Shown here: one piece after another, positions 1 through 12,099 of the stretch
Numbering within the stretch: position 1 is the first letter of the stretch
How the letters are laid out: the number at the start of each line of letters is the position of its first letter
NCBI GenBank assembly: GCA_002269645.1
Contig: NIVC01002092.1
Coordinates: forward strand, 1 to 64,000
Source: Macrostomum lignano
Lineage: Eukaryota
Length of the DNA stretch: 64,000 nt
Reading direction: 5' to 3'
Made by a program: the position numbers and the translations under genes
The notes under the pieces: model-generated
The model's input: the letters and a program-made list of their open reading frames with translations, nothing else
The model's database searches: none
What the model was told of the DNA's origin: nothing

Positions 1-44
1 AAGTAATATAGGACTCAAAAGCGCACAGCAACAAATTCACTCAC

Positions 45-1584
45 TTGAAAGACAGAGGCCATGTGTTTTGGTCGGACATGTCAATAGAATTCGAATTAGC
101 TTGAGTCGTCGCCGTGGTTGCCGGAGGCGGCGGCGGAGAGGAGGAGAATCTCGGCAGGCGCGGAGCTCCGCCACCGCCGCCAAAGCCGGCGCCGCGGCCG
201 ACGCGAGGCCTAGCAGGAGCGGAGAGGGCCAGAGGAGCGAAGGTGGACAGGAATTTCCCAACTGGCCCAATGCCGCCGCCAGCAGCCCCAATCGCGGCGC
301 CTGCCCGGCTGGAGTCCCGGTCGAAGCTGGCATCATGAGAGGGCGGACTGGGCGGCGCGATCGGAGTTGAACTGCATTGTCACCCGGCTGGGCTGGGTTG
401 ACGGCGCGGCGATTCGACGGCGGCGGTGGAGGAGGCGGCGGGGGAGGCGGTGGCGGCGGCGGGGGAGGCGGCGGAGGCACGTCACAAGGCGGCAGCTGGG
501 ATGGAAGGGGGCCTCCGAAACGGCCCCTGGGCTGGAGCTGGCGAGGCAGCAGTGACGACACCCCAGAATGACCTTCAGGGTGCTGAAAGGCAGAATGGAG
601 GTCAATGCACGCCTTTTGACAGATTAGAAAACTCCCTAGTATTCTAATCTGCTATCCTAGTATCCTAATCCACAATGCTAATCCTAATCCGCAATCCTAG
701 TATTCTAATCTGCTATCCTAGTATCCTAATCCGCAATGCTAGTAGTATCCTAATCCGCAATGCTAACTAGTATCCTAATCCGCAACCCTAGCATTCTAAT
801 CCGCAATGCTAGTATCCTAATCCGCAATCCTAGCATCCTAATCCACAATCCTAGTATCCTAATCCGCAATGCTAGTATCCTAATCGCAATGCTAGTATCC
901 TAATCCGCAATGCTAGTATCCTAATCCGCAATCCTAGTATCCTAATCCGCAATCCTAGTATCCTAATCCGCAATCCTAGTATCCTAATCCACAATGCCAG
1001 AATCCTAATCCACAATGCTAGTATCCTAATCCGCAATCCTAGCATCCTAATCCACAATCCTAGTATCCTAATCCGCAATGCTAGTATCCTAATCCGCAAT
1101 GCTAGTATCCTAATCCGCAATGCTAGTATCCTAATCCGCAATCCTAGTATCCTAATCCGCAATCCTAGTATCCTAATCCGCAATCCTAGTATCCTAATCC
1201 ACAATGCCAGAATCCTAATCCACAATGCTAGTATCCTAATCCACAATCCTAGTATCCCAGAATCCTAGGATCCATAATACAAAATAATTCCTGGATCCAA
1301 ACCCAGTTCACAGTTCCCTAATCCACAACATCTGGATGCTTATATGCAAAACCTCAATATCCTAATCCAAAGCTTATGATTATAATTCTCAATCAGCTGA
1401 TTAACCTTAATTCAAAACTGATGACACAACTACTCAAAAATGGATTACCTGAGGTGGCAAGTATTCGCTCTTTTGCTGGGCAGGACTTGGTTTGTAATAG
1501 AGATTATTGTATTCCTGCCAATCCATTTTCTTTGCATCAATGTGTCCAGGTGTAGACATGGTATTTAATTGGTCATTGATTAAT
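45..1584 (-). CDS. Two candidate coding exons (1584-1449 and 582-45) of an unidentified Pro/Gly-rich, polyproline-containing protein; gene may continue beyond the left edge
   Basis: Acceptor tttattgcag|A at 1585, exon reads LINDQLNTMSTPGHIDAKKMDWQEYNNLYYKPSPAQQKSEYLPPQ, donor CAG|gtaatc at 1448. Phase-matched acceptor ctccattctgcctttcag|CAC at 583 continues HPEGHSGVSSLLPRQ...P20...; a donor-like A|gtgagt lies at 44 (alternatively an in-frame TGA at 37-39). No family recognised. Confidence 0.4.
643..1260. repeat. 21-bp minisatellite (CTAGTATCCTAATCCGCAATG/C), about 29 units, intronic
   Basis: Direct reading of tandem units; explains the RIRILAL ORF 872-1246. Confidence 0.95.
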
Positions 1585-3490
1585 CTGCAATAAATCCATT
1601 TTATTGACCAATTATTTAAATATTTACACAAGTATATTATTTTTTTAGTTTGCCATTTTATAATATAAATTATGAAACTGTTTTGATAGTTAAAACAGAC
1701 ACAGCAAATGAATATTAGGACAATTCCACAAAATGCTATCTTCTTTAAATAAACATTTTGCAACTATTGTCTATGTCACTATCTCTGTCATTTGGCTTTA
1801 ATATTCAATGATGTGCACCTATATTTAAATGAATTTTATAGCCTTCTATAGCCTCTAATAACTTTTTTGATAAATTATTTAATTGTATTTAAATATTTGA
1901 TTGGAGTTTAAAAATAAGACCTAACTCATGACTATAAAAAATATTTGCTAAAAATATTAGTCTTAGAATTAGCTATATTTCTACTTGTTACTTTGTATAG
2001 CATTTATACAATTCAATAGACAAAGTGACCAAAACTAAGATGAATTTTTCTCTCTTAGTAAAGGCAATAAGCAATTGCAGTGGACATATTGTTTTTTGTG
2101 CAGAATTTTTCAATTTTTTCCTAGGAAATTTTAGTTCTAGTTTTAAACTAGCAATCAGCGCCCCCCCCTATTGAAGAGCCAACAAAGAATGGAATACAAA
2201 CTTTTTAATAAACTACACTTAGCTAATCCTTGCAATAACCTTAGCAACTCCACATGTAAGCCTTGACATCTTAGCTATTCCCTATGAGCCATGACATCTC
2301 AGCAATGCCCCCATAAGCTTCAAATCCCAAAAAATCCAATATCAGTCTTGAAGTCTCCTCCCTAATTCCCACTATTTAGCAATTCCCCCTAACCCAAACC
2401 CTAATCCTAACCCTAACTTTAAAGCCTTGATTTCTTAGTAATTCTACCCATATAAACCTTGACATTTTAATAATTCTAGAATTACAGCATTATAGCAATT
2501 CCCTTAGACCCTTGAAATGGTAGCAATTCCAAAAAATAATTTTTATTTGACATGATACTTCTTTTATGTCTGACAGTCTTAATTTATGTTTTACATGACT
2601 TATCTTTAAAACATTTTCAATGTCTATATGACACTTCTTTTATTTTTTATATGATACTTCTTATAAATACACCCATTAGAGAGCCAACAAATAATGTAAT
2701 ATTTTTGAGTAAACTATATGTAGCTTCTAACCTAAGCAATTATTCCTAGAAATTACCCCTTAAACCTAGAAATTTCAGCAATTCTCCCTAAGACTACATG
2801 ATACTTTTTGACATGTTTAACATGACTATTTTTTATAACACTTCTTTTTTAGATTATGCTTCTTTTATCTTTAATATGACATTACTTATTAGTCTATATG
2901 ACGCTTTTTATATGCTTTAAAAAATACTTCTTTAATTTCTTCTTTCTTTTTCTTTAAAAATTATTTAACTTTTGCAAAAAAGCATGTTTTTGAATATTTA
3001 ATCCTTTTAGCATTGAGCAATTTCTTAGCCAAGACATGTGTTGTCATGGCAAAATTTCTAATTAAATGGTACAACATTGAAGAAAATTGGTTAAGCTGTT
3101 TTTTTTAAATTTATCACATATCTACCAACAAAACATTTTTAGTATATAGACTAAATTTATATGAAAAATCAAAGTATTAAAAAGGTACAAAGCTAGGCCT
3201 AATAAGGAATAATAAATAAAAATTTGCATTCTAAAAAACTATATTATAAAATACAAGCTGTTGAAACCCGCGGATTTTGAACCCAGGAAATTCTAATCAC
3301 GGAACTATTTTTCCATGTATTCTGAAATCTGAGGCCATACTCAAACAAAAACTTGTTAATAGTTAGTAGGATAGAGGTAGACATAAAATGGAGTACATTT
3401 GTGTAAAATTAGAATTTGAGGCAAACATTGATCTTGTTGGCTAGGGTGCTTTTTACTTTAAATAGGCAGTTAATGTTTGCCTGACTCTAA

Positions 3491-4428
3491 AAGATGTATT
3501 GGCAAACTCTGGCCTCCACCTCTGACTCTCCCTATGTCCCTTGGATCCTTTGAAAGTTTTATCTTCTCTTCTGTTTCCTCTCTTCTCTCTCATCTCTCCT
3601 CTCTGCTCTTTCTCCTCTCCTCTTTTCTCTTTTCTTCTTTCCTCTCTCCCCCCTCTTCTCTAGTATCTTCCCTCATTTCTCTTCTTTTTCATCTGTCTTA
3701 TCTCATCTCTTTTTCTCTTCTTTCTCTTTCCTCTCTTCCCACTCTTCTCTCGTCTTTTCCTTCACCTCTCTTCTCTCTTGTCTTTATTTGCTCTCTGATC
3801 TCTCCTTTCTCTTCTCTCTATTCTCTTTTATCTCTTTTCATTTCTCTCTGCTTCCCCCCTCTCTCTCTGCTTCCCCCCTCTCTTTTATCTCTCCTCTCCT
3901 ATCTTTCTTCTCCTCTCTACTCTCTTCCCTCCATTCTCCTCTTTTCTCTCATCTCACCTCACTCACTTCTCTCTCCCTTTGTCTCTCCTCTCATCTCTGT
4001 AACCTCTTCTCTCTTATCTCTCCTCTGTTCTCTCTACTCTCCCATCTCTTGTCTGTTCATTTTCGTCTCTGCTCTCAGCTCATCCCCCCCTCTCTTTACT
4101 AACTCCTCTCTGCTCTCCTCTTATCTGCAGCTCTCTGCTCTCTCCTCTTTACTCTCTCCTCTCCACTCTCTCCTCTACTCTCTCCTCTACTCTCTCCTCT
4201 CTACTGGCTCCTCTACTCTCTCCTCTCTACTTGCTCCTCTTTACTCTTTCCTCTCACCATCCTCGCTCCCTCATCTCGCCTATTATCTTTTATCTTTTCT
4301 CTTATTCCCTCTCTCATGTCTCCTCTCTTTTTGAATAGTCTATTCCTTCTTCTCTCCATTCTCAACTGCCCCTCAGCCATAAGCTGGATTATTTTCTAGC
4401 CTTTGAGGTAAAAGTCTGCCCATTCCTG
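3491..4428. mobile_element. Decayed hAT/Charlie-like non-autonomous element with a CT-rich low-complexity interior
   Basis: Right end GCCTTTGAGGTAAAAGTCTGCCCATTCCTG resembles the right end of the element at 34179-35083 (GGCCCTTGAGGTAAAAAAGTTTTCCGACCCCTG). Left end is degenerate (GTATTGGCAAACTCTGGCC). Same CT-rich filling (about 3560-4340). No TSD visible. Confidence 0.4.
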
Positions 4429-4714
4429 CTTGGAAAGCCAGTTTGTGGGATGTAGTACTCTCATGGCTGTTCTGTCATGTCATCTTTCTTGCCAATTTGC
4501 AAGCCCTGAAAAGAATTTGTGTATTTTTAGCTCTACTGTAGTCTGCATCAGTCTAACAACCAAGGAAATATGCATTTCTTAGGAGGCCATTTAAATTTTA
4601 AAGTATCTTTAAGAGAAACCTTAAATTTCCATGGTGTGACTAATTTAGTAGGGTTGTATTGCATTGCATTGCCTTTTCATTCATCTTTCGCTTTTATAAA
4701 TCATGCTGAATTAC

Positions 4715-4924
4715 CTTGATTTGCCATCCACTGTTAAACTGCTGTAGAGTTTGCCTATATAGAGGACAGTGATTAGAATTTCTCACTAAACTGTTATGGA
4801 TGGCTAAATGTAGCCTCTCCATGGGGGTGCAGAGAAGGCCATAAACAAAGCTATTCCAAAACACTGTACATTGCCATGTACATTCAGCCTTATCACCTGA
4901 CCCTTGGTCTGGCTCTGGGCAGTC
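4715..4924 (-). CDS. Possible isolated coding exon (DCPEPDQGSGDKAECTWQCTVFWNSFVYGLLCTPMERLHLAIHNSL...WQIK), product unknown
   Basis: Acceptor cattcccttag|AC near 4925, open frame of about 70 codons, donor AAG|gtaatt near 4714. Partner exons not established. Confidence 0.3.
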
Positions 4925-7886
4925 TAAGGGAATGAGTAACTGAGTGAGTGGCACAAAAAACAGAAAACGCAGACAAACTTCACATGCTTACAGTTTCTGT
5001 TCTAATTGGGTTACAGAGTTGAAATTTTACATTTTGCAAAGAATGAGTCAATGAAGAATTATGTCAAGTTTGATGTCAATTGCTTTATGTGAAGCAAACT
5101 TATAGCAGCTGAAAGTTAGTCAACTTTGAAACCCCTTTTTACACATCTGGGACTAGATCGGGATTGGGAAAGAGAGGCAGGCAGGCGGAGGTTGGGGTGG
5201 TTGCTGCACTGAAAAAAACAGCCTAACTTTAAAAGTGTACAGCACTGCGCAGGATTAACTTTGAGACTCGAAATTTTATATGAATGTGCCAAAATAGTTA
5301 AAGATTGTCTGTGTTAAATTTGAAGAGAATTGGTAGAACTGGAGCGGCACTATGGAGGATCTAGTAATAAATCACACATTTTGAGCAGTTTTTTGTACTT
5401 TTAGGTAGGAAGACTTGAGTCCAGGAAATGTTAAGGTAGCCTAAGACATTCTCCGTAGTAAGTTTAAGGTAGGTGTAAAGTTTGATGTAATTTGGTTGAG
5501 CAGTTTGGGAGTCTGGGAGCAAACAAAGTTTGGGAGCAAACAAAATTGTCCATAGACAGACATACACATACATACACACACACAGTTTTGATTTTTATAT
5601 ATAGAGATAAAGTGCATATACAATAGATGCCAGTTTATAGACACAAATTTATACAAATAGCAAAAGTTATATATGTGTTACAATTTAGTGTGGTTTTTGG
5701 GTAAATAGCAAGATAAGAGTAACTATGACTATCTTATTAGGGCTAAATGCCTCATCTAATTAATATTACTACTAAACCTATATTAGGCCTCCATGGTCAG
5801 GATCATAGCACATCTATGCCAGAACAAATCTTATCAAAAAAGTTTGCTTGCACTATGCCCTGGAACTATTTTTATTAAAAAAGTTTGCTTGCACTATATA
5901 GTACAACTTTTTGAAGAAAAAAACAAAAATCAATATTTTTCTATTCAAAAAATACTGGTAAAACTTGTATTTGAATCTATTTCATATAAAATGCAATGCT
6001 AATATAAATTGATTTAAAAAGCCATCAATACATTGGCAATTTGCCATAAACAAAAAGTGCTTATAAAAGAAATTACATATTAATTTTCTGTTTTCTGACA
6101 ATTTTCTGACAATTAACATTGTCTTGTTGGAAACTTTTGTTTTGCACCAAATTGTGCTAATTTTTTCTTTGGCGCCACACTGTGTCAGATTTTTTTGCCT
6201 AGGCCCTACTATTGCTGTGTTGCATTGGAATATGCTAGTGTGGCGCATATCTATTCTCCTTTTGCACCAGAATTTTCCATGAAAAGGCCATCTTCTTGAC
6301 TATGGCTAGGCATAGGCCTACATGTGTTTTAGGTTACATTGCGTTTTTGAGCTATAATCAATTTTAGACTCTATATTGCATATCAATAGGTTTTTTATAC
6401 TTGAGCCTATTTTAATAGGGAATCAAATTAGCATGATCAAAGTTGACAATGTTCTATTGGCATTATAAAAATTAATGAAATTAAAAACATTGAAGAAAAA
6501 TACATACTGGTAAAACATTGAAGCCTAGGCCTAACATTAATTTGGAAGAGTTGAAAATACAGCCTAGCTTGCTTAGACCTATTATAGCATATTATTAGTA
6601 TTATAGCATAGAGGCTTATATTTACTATCATAGAACAGGCAGTGAAACATAGGCCAAGTTATTAAATTTTTAGACTTCTAGGCCTATGGGCATGGCCTTG
6701 AGGTAGACTGTTATGCTATGCTATGCTCTGTTTAGGCCTGTAGCAAAGGGATTTAGTAGGCCTATTGTTTGGCTCAGACAACATAGTAGTCCCTAGGCCT
6801 AGTGAATTAAAAATAGTATTCAAGCCTTAGTGCATACTAAACTTAGGAGAATCTTGTCTATTAGTCTAACAACTCTGACTTGCAACCTTGCTGTATCACC
6901 TGTGTGTTAATGAGCGTTGATGCAAAAATTGGAGCAAAGACAGTTGTCTCGTTAGTCCCGCATCCGGCAATCCTAAAGATTCCCGCGTTTAATTATTTTA
7001 CAGAAATATTTCACCCTCTATTGGGGGTGGGGGTTATAATTAAATGCAGGAATCTTCAGGATAGCCCCATATCCAACTTCAGCCGAAGTTCAACAAAATG
7101 GAAACTTAAAAAATCATGAATTAGGCCTACCGCCTAGCCCTAGCTAGGCCTGAACGGCTGAACCGACTTCAGATATACTAAAAATGAAAACTTAATTAAC
7201 TAAATCTGAATTAAGACTTACAAAGTAAAACGCGGCTGATTGCTTTGTAGTAGTCGTCTATCGTCTAAAATCTAAAATTTTGTAACTTCAAAGCTAGTAA
7301 TACTATGCTATTATCTGAGTAGGCCTAGGCCTGGTAAGTCAAACGTTATCTAATCTAATAACTTTATCTAATTATCGAATTATCTAACGACTAACTAAAC
7401 TAAACCTATTTGTATTAAGTTGCAGAATTTAATATATTGCTGCTCGGCATGCACTTAAATATGTGCTGAAAATAGCACATTAAAACAAACTAAAAAACCT
7501 TTAATTAAATTTATTTCCAAAGTATGATTATTAAGTTTAAAATTACTAAATTTGCTTTGATATAATACGTTATTAGGCTTAAAAACTAAATTTCAGCCAT
7601 CGTGTTGTTAATAGCCGCTCATGTTGCGCTCGATTAGGAGCGCTGCTTTTTGTCTTAAACTTATTCTGAAACCGGGATAACTGCGGTTTTGAGAATTATA
7701 AATTATAAAATTTACACTACAATTTAGTTTTGCCACAACTTTTGTGCGTACAAATGTCCGTGCACGGATACAAATGGTCCTCTTATATTATTGGTTAATT
7801 AGAAACAGAATACACCAATAATGCTCAATCGACCCTTCTGCATAAAAAACCCCGTAGCAAAAATTAATTCATGACATGCTACTCGT

Positions 7887-8761
7887 GGGACCAATTTCAT
7901 GAAACACTAGCTGCTAACTGCTATTAGCAGAATTGCTAGCCGGCGTTTGGTTTCTTTAGTAGTCGATCGCACTCTAAAAAATATTTTTACCATGCAGTCT
8001 GCTAGCTTTTGGCTACACGAGCTTAGCAGTCGGATGAGAGGGTTTCCTGAGCGATGTCTATATAGTCAAAAGGCTTGGTTTTTAGTGGAATATAACTGCT
8101 AGTTCGCGATTTCATGAGCGTAGAGTTCTGCTATGTAAAGGGACACAACTTTAACTGCATGGTAAAGTTTAGCATCCTCGAGAGGCGGCTAAAATATAAT
8201 AATGGAGATTCCATTATTCGACGCGCTTCAATTAGCTGATAACCCGGTCGATAATCGTCGGTCGAGAAAGTCCAAAGATCACGTGAATTACGACGCCGGT
8301 GATGATGACTTCAAGTAGCACTTCCGAATGAATGCAGAAAAGTTTAATTAATTTTCTAGTGGATCGTATATTGTCCCGCGCAGTTGGAATACGCGACGAG
8401 AAGTGGAAGCCGAATGTTTTCCACAGCGTGTCAGCTCGCAAGTAACTCAACAGACTTGCTCAGTTCATTGGACAACTTCAAAACAGTACTGACTCGCGAG
8501 CTCCATTATGTAGGGACAGAAAAAGTTTCTTCTGTTCAATGGACGTCATTTAAATTCAAAGTCACGAAAAGCCGCTTGATCATATATACCACATTAAAGC
8601 CTTCTCGCCTTGAGAGAGGCCATTTTCCTGCCGCATATAGACGTTTTTCTATGGCAAACCCCTATATAGTTAGCAGGTCAGACATGAAACCAAAGCTTCC
8701 CAACTGTAAGTTGGCTGCTAAACCGACAGCGTGAAAGTGCTTCATGTACGTAATTGGTCCC
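7887..8761 (+). pseudogene. Decayed PIF/Harbinger-like element with disrupted transposase N-terminus
   Basis: Imperfect inverted ends GGGACCAATTTCATGAAACACT (7887) and AGTGCTTCATGTACGTAATTGGTCCC (to 8761). From ATG 8202 the frame reads MEIPLFDALQLADNPVDNRRSRKSKDHVNYDAGDDDFK*HFRMNAEKF, matching the Harbinger DxxFxxxFRMxxxxF motif, then frameshifts. No clean TSD. Confidence 0.4.
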
Positions 8762-9230
8762 TGGGGTGAAGCGATCCGGGAGTAGCTAGTGCTCAAGTGC
8801 ATTTCCATAGACGTCCAAATATTTTAGTTCAAAATTTTTAGTATATGGAAACCACAGATACTAATATCCTAAATATGGTTCACTCTACTACATATGAAAA
8901 CTACTCTGTTCGGTAGTATGATCGTAAAAAGCAACATTTATTTATTCAGTTCGCTGTGTCTATACATGCATAGGACTACAAATTGTGCTACAAAGCACAA
9001 ATAGTTGACGTTGTCTGCACAATCGTACCAGTAAGTCAAACTTTTCATGCTACTGGTATGCTTAGTGACGATTATTTTGATAATTTGATTCATTTAGCCA
9101 GCATTCAAATCTATGGCTTTTTATTTCGACTTTAGATAAGCAAGCTGATTCATGATTACGGTAGGTGTACGAGAGTATATTCTGTGGCTAAAAATGTAGT
9201 TACTGTACTCGAACAGCAATTAAAAAATAC

Positions 9231-9561
9231 CAGTGGCGTAGCCAGGGGGGGGTGGGGTTGGGCGCGGCAGGTAGTTACTAAAAACCATGAGGCAATTGAG
9301 TGCCTGCGGCGCCAAAATGAGTGCCTTCGGCGCCAAAATGAGTGCCTGCGGCGCCAAAATGAGTGCCTGCGGCGCCAAAATGAGTGCCTGCGGCGCCAAA
9401 ATGAATGCCTGCGGCGCCAAAGAGTGCCTGCGGCGCCAAAATGAGTGCCTGCGGCGCCAAAATGAGTGCCTGCGGCGCCAAAAGTGGCAATGGCATAAGG
9501 CATGGCCAGCCAGGCCAACCTGCCACCCCCCTCCCAATTAAAATTCCTGGCTACGCCACTG
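9231..9561. mobile_element. 331-bp hAT-type MITE with internal 21-bp tandem array
   Basis: Perfect 16-bp TIR CAGTGGCGTAGCCAGG, perfect 8-bp TSD AAAAATAC (9223-9230 and 9562-9569), internal units GAGTGCCTGCGGCGCCAAAAT at 9298-9482. Confidence 0.9.
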
Positions 9562-10214
9562 AAAAATACGCGCATATAACACAACATAACATGCACTAAA
9601 ATTCTAAAGTCATTCGAATGTAACCAATACTTATACGAGCACTTTGTAGGTTCATGTATGCATGGACGTTCGTTGTTTGTGAAGAATGGGTTTACCTTGC
9701 AGTTTTTCTTACGTCAGCTGAAAAATCTGGAATCAGCAGGAAATTTCTATAGAGATAATTATGTGAAAGGTAATTAGTTTTAAAATTAGACCTACTCTCT
9801 TTGAAGTAATTTTCTTTGAGTTCCGTAACGTCTAATACAAGTATATGTGCATGAATTCCCGGTGATTGGGTAAGAGCAAAATTGCTGTAATATCCGCACA
9901 AAGGCGCAAGGGCGATAACTACATGCTGCTACAGATGAGCAATTAGTGAGATTGCATAACTACTATCGAGCATCAATTATAGCTAAATGATATTTTATAA
10001 TGCTCAAGATTTAAAAGAAGTTTACCAGTGTGCTATAATAAAGTAGTTCTTATATAAAGTAGCTTTCCAAAGGAATTTTGAAATCCTACAGCCAATGCAT
10101 TTCAATGTAAATCAATGTGTAAATAATAGAGTGATCTAATTTACTCTTTATTGGTTTCCCTGCAAGTGCTAGTATACCGATCCCAGCTGCCTGCAGACGC
10201 ACAGACCCCCTTCC

Positions 10215-11160
10215 TGATTACACATTGCCTGCTGACCCATTGCCTGCTGACACATTGCCTTACTGACATTCCCTAGCTGCTGACACATTGCCTGCTGGCA
10301 CATTGCCTGCTGACCCATTGCCTTACTGACATTCCCTAGCTGCTGACACATTGCCTGCTGGCACATTGCCTGCTGACCCATTGCCTTACTGACATTCCCT
10401 AGCTGCTGACACATTGCCTGCTGGCACATTGCCTGCTGACTCATTGCCTTACTGACATTCCTTAGCTGCTGACACATTGCCAGCTGACACATTGCCTGCT
10501 GACACATTGCCTTGCTGACATGCCCTGCACATGCCCAAGAGACACAGATCCTCTACTGACACATTGCCTTGCTGACATTCCCTAGCTGCTGACACATTGC
10601 CTGCTGACACATTGCCTCGCTGACACATTGCCTTGCTGACACATTGCCTTGCTGACACATTGCCTTGCTGACACATTGCCTTGCTGACACATTGCCTTTC
10701 TGACATGCCCTGCACATGCCTAAGAGACGCAGATCCTCTACTGACACATTGCCTTGCTGACATTCCCTAGCTGCTGACACATTGCCTGCTGACACATTGC
10801 CTCGCTGACACATTGCCTTGCTGACACATTGCCTTGCTGACACATTGCCTTGCTGACACATTGCCTTGCTGACACATTGCCTTTCTGACATGCCCTGCAC
10901 ATGCCTAAGAGACGCAGATCCTCTACTGACACATTGCCTTGCTGACATTCCCTAGCTGCTGACACATTGCCTGCTGACACATTGCCTCGCTGACACATTG
11001 CCTTGCTGACACATTGCCTTGCTGACATTCCCTAGCTGCTGACACATTGCCTGCTGACACATTGCCTCGCTGACACATTGCCTTGCTGACACATTGCCTT
11101 GCTGACACATTGCCTTTCTGACATGCCCTGCACATGCCTAAGAGACGCAGATCCTCTACT
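10215..11160. repeat. Satellite of 15-16-bp GCTGACACATTGCCT(T) subunits organised into 185-bp higher-order units
   Basis: Landmark CTCTACT recurs at 10551, 10736, 10921 (185-bp spacing) and 11154 (233). Confidence 0.9.
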
Positions 11161-11257
11161 GGGGTGGGTTTCACAAACGCGAAACTTCACAACCGCTAAA
11201 ACTTTTGCACTTACTTTCATATACGGAAGTCTTTTTAGCGGTTGTGAAAGCCACCCC
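11161..11257. mobile_element. 97-bp MITE with GGGGTGG termini and 6-bp TSD
   Basis: TIR GGGGTGGGTTTCACAAACGC vs GGGGTGGCTTTCACAACCGC (18/20). TCTACT duplicated at 11155-11160 and 11258-11263. Uninterrupted site GATCCTCTACTGACACA present in three upstream satellite units. Confidence 0.85.
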
Positions 11258-12099
11258 TCTACTGACACACAGATGCCCCTGCAGCTGACAGAAATGCAGC
11301 GAAACACAGTAAATTTTCTTAGTCTTGAGTGAGGTGAGCTTGTAAAATGAAAATTTTAATTTGCTCTAGAGCAGACTGCCAAAAATATACTTTTCACAGA
11401 TTTTTCATTTCCTCTTCTTGTTTTAATATTTACCAAAAATAATCATTGTCAAATTATTAAATATTAAAATAAAAAAAAAGATTGCATTCAGCTTTTTTTA
11501 TCGAGGTTAAGACACGAGCTGGCGTGCTCATTGCAGTCAGTCAGCTCCCTCCGGTGAGGAGGAAAACAACAATTAGCTAATTGAACTTACAGACACAGTG
11601 CTGCAGTGATGACAGGCATAGCCATTACTCTTAATGCATTGGGGATATTTTTTCAGCAATTATTTGTGGGTAATCATTAAGTTACAGCTGTTTGCTGACT
11701 CGCCTCTCAGGCGGCCCTTTTACACTTTAAACAATGATGGGTTTCCGGATGATCACTAATGGGTTGCATACAAAGCGTATGCAGAATGCAGGTGGAATCA
11801 ATGAAGCAGACTAACTTGCAAGGTGAAGCTGATAACAGCGCGCTCAGGGGACCTGGGGGAGGGGGGGGTAATTATAAAGATGATGCTCAGAAATTCGTCA
11901 ACAAGATATTTTAGTGAAATCATTTCAACACAGAACGACGTTTCCGATTATAAATACGAAACATGTAAATAGTGCAGAAGTTTTATCGATGTGCGTATTT
12001 AAAATTCTACAAAAAACTTTTAAATATAATTTTTTCTCATTTTAAAGTCATAAAATTTATGCTAGTCTAGCGTAACTATCCTACAGCATGCAATTTGTG

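Noticed and set aside
3477-4334. 285-aa Leu/Ser-rich ORF (and the similar 313-aa ORF at 34098-35039)
   Set aside because: CT low-complexity DNA cannot encode stops; both lie inside Charlie-like elements.
9692-9901. Possible minus-strand exon (NFALTQSPGIHAHILVLDV...KTAR) with donor AG|gtaaac
   Set aside because: AT-rich, no recognisable domain, no partner exon established.
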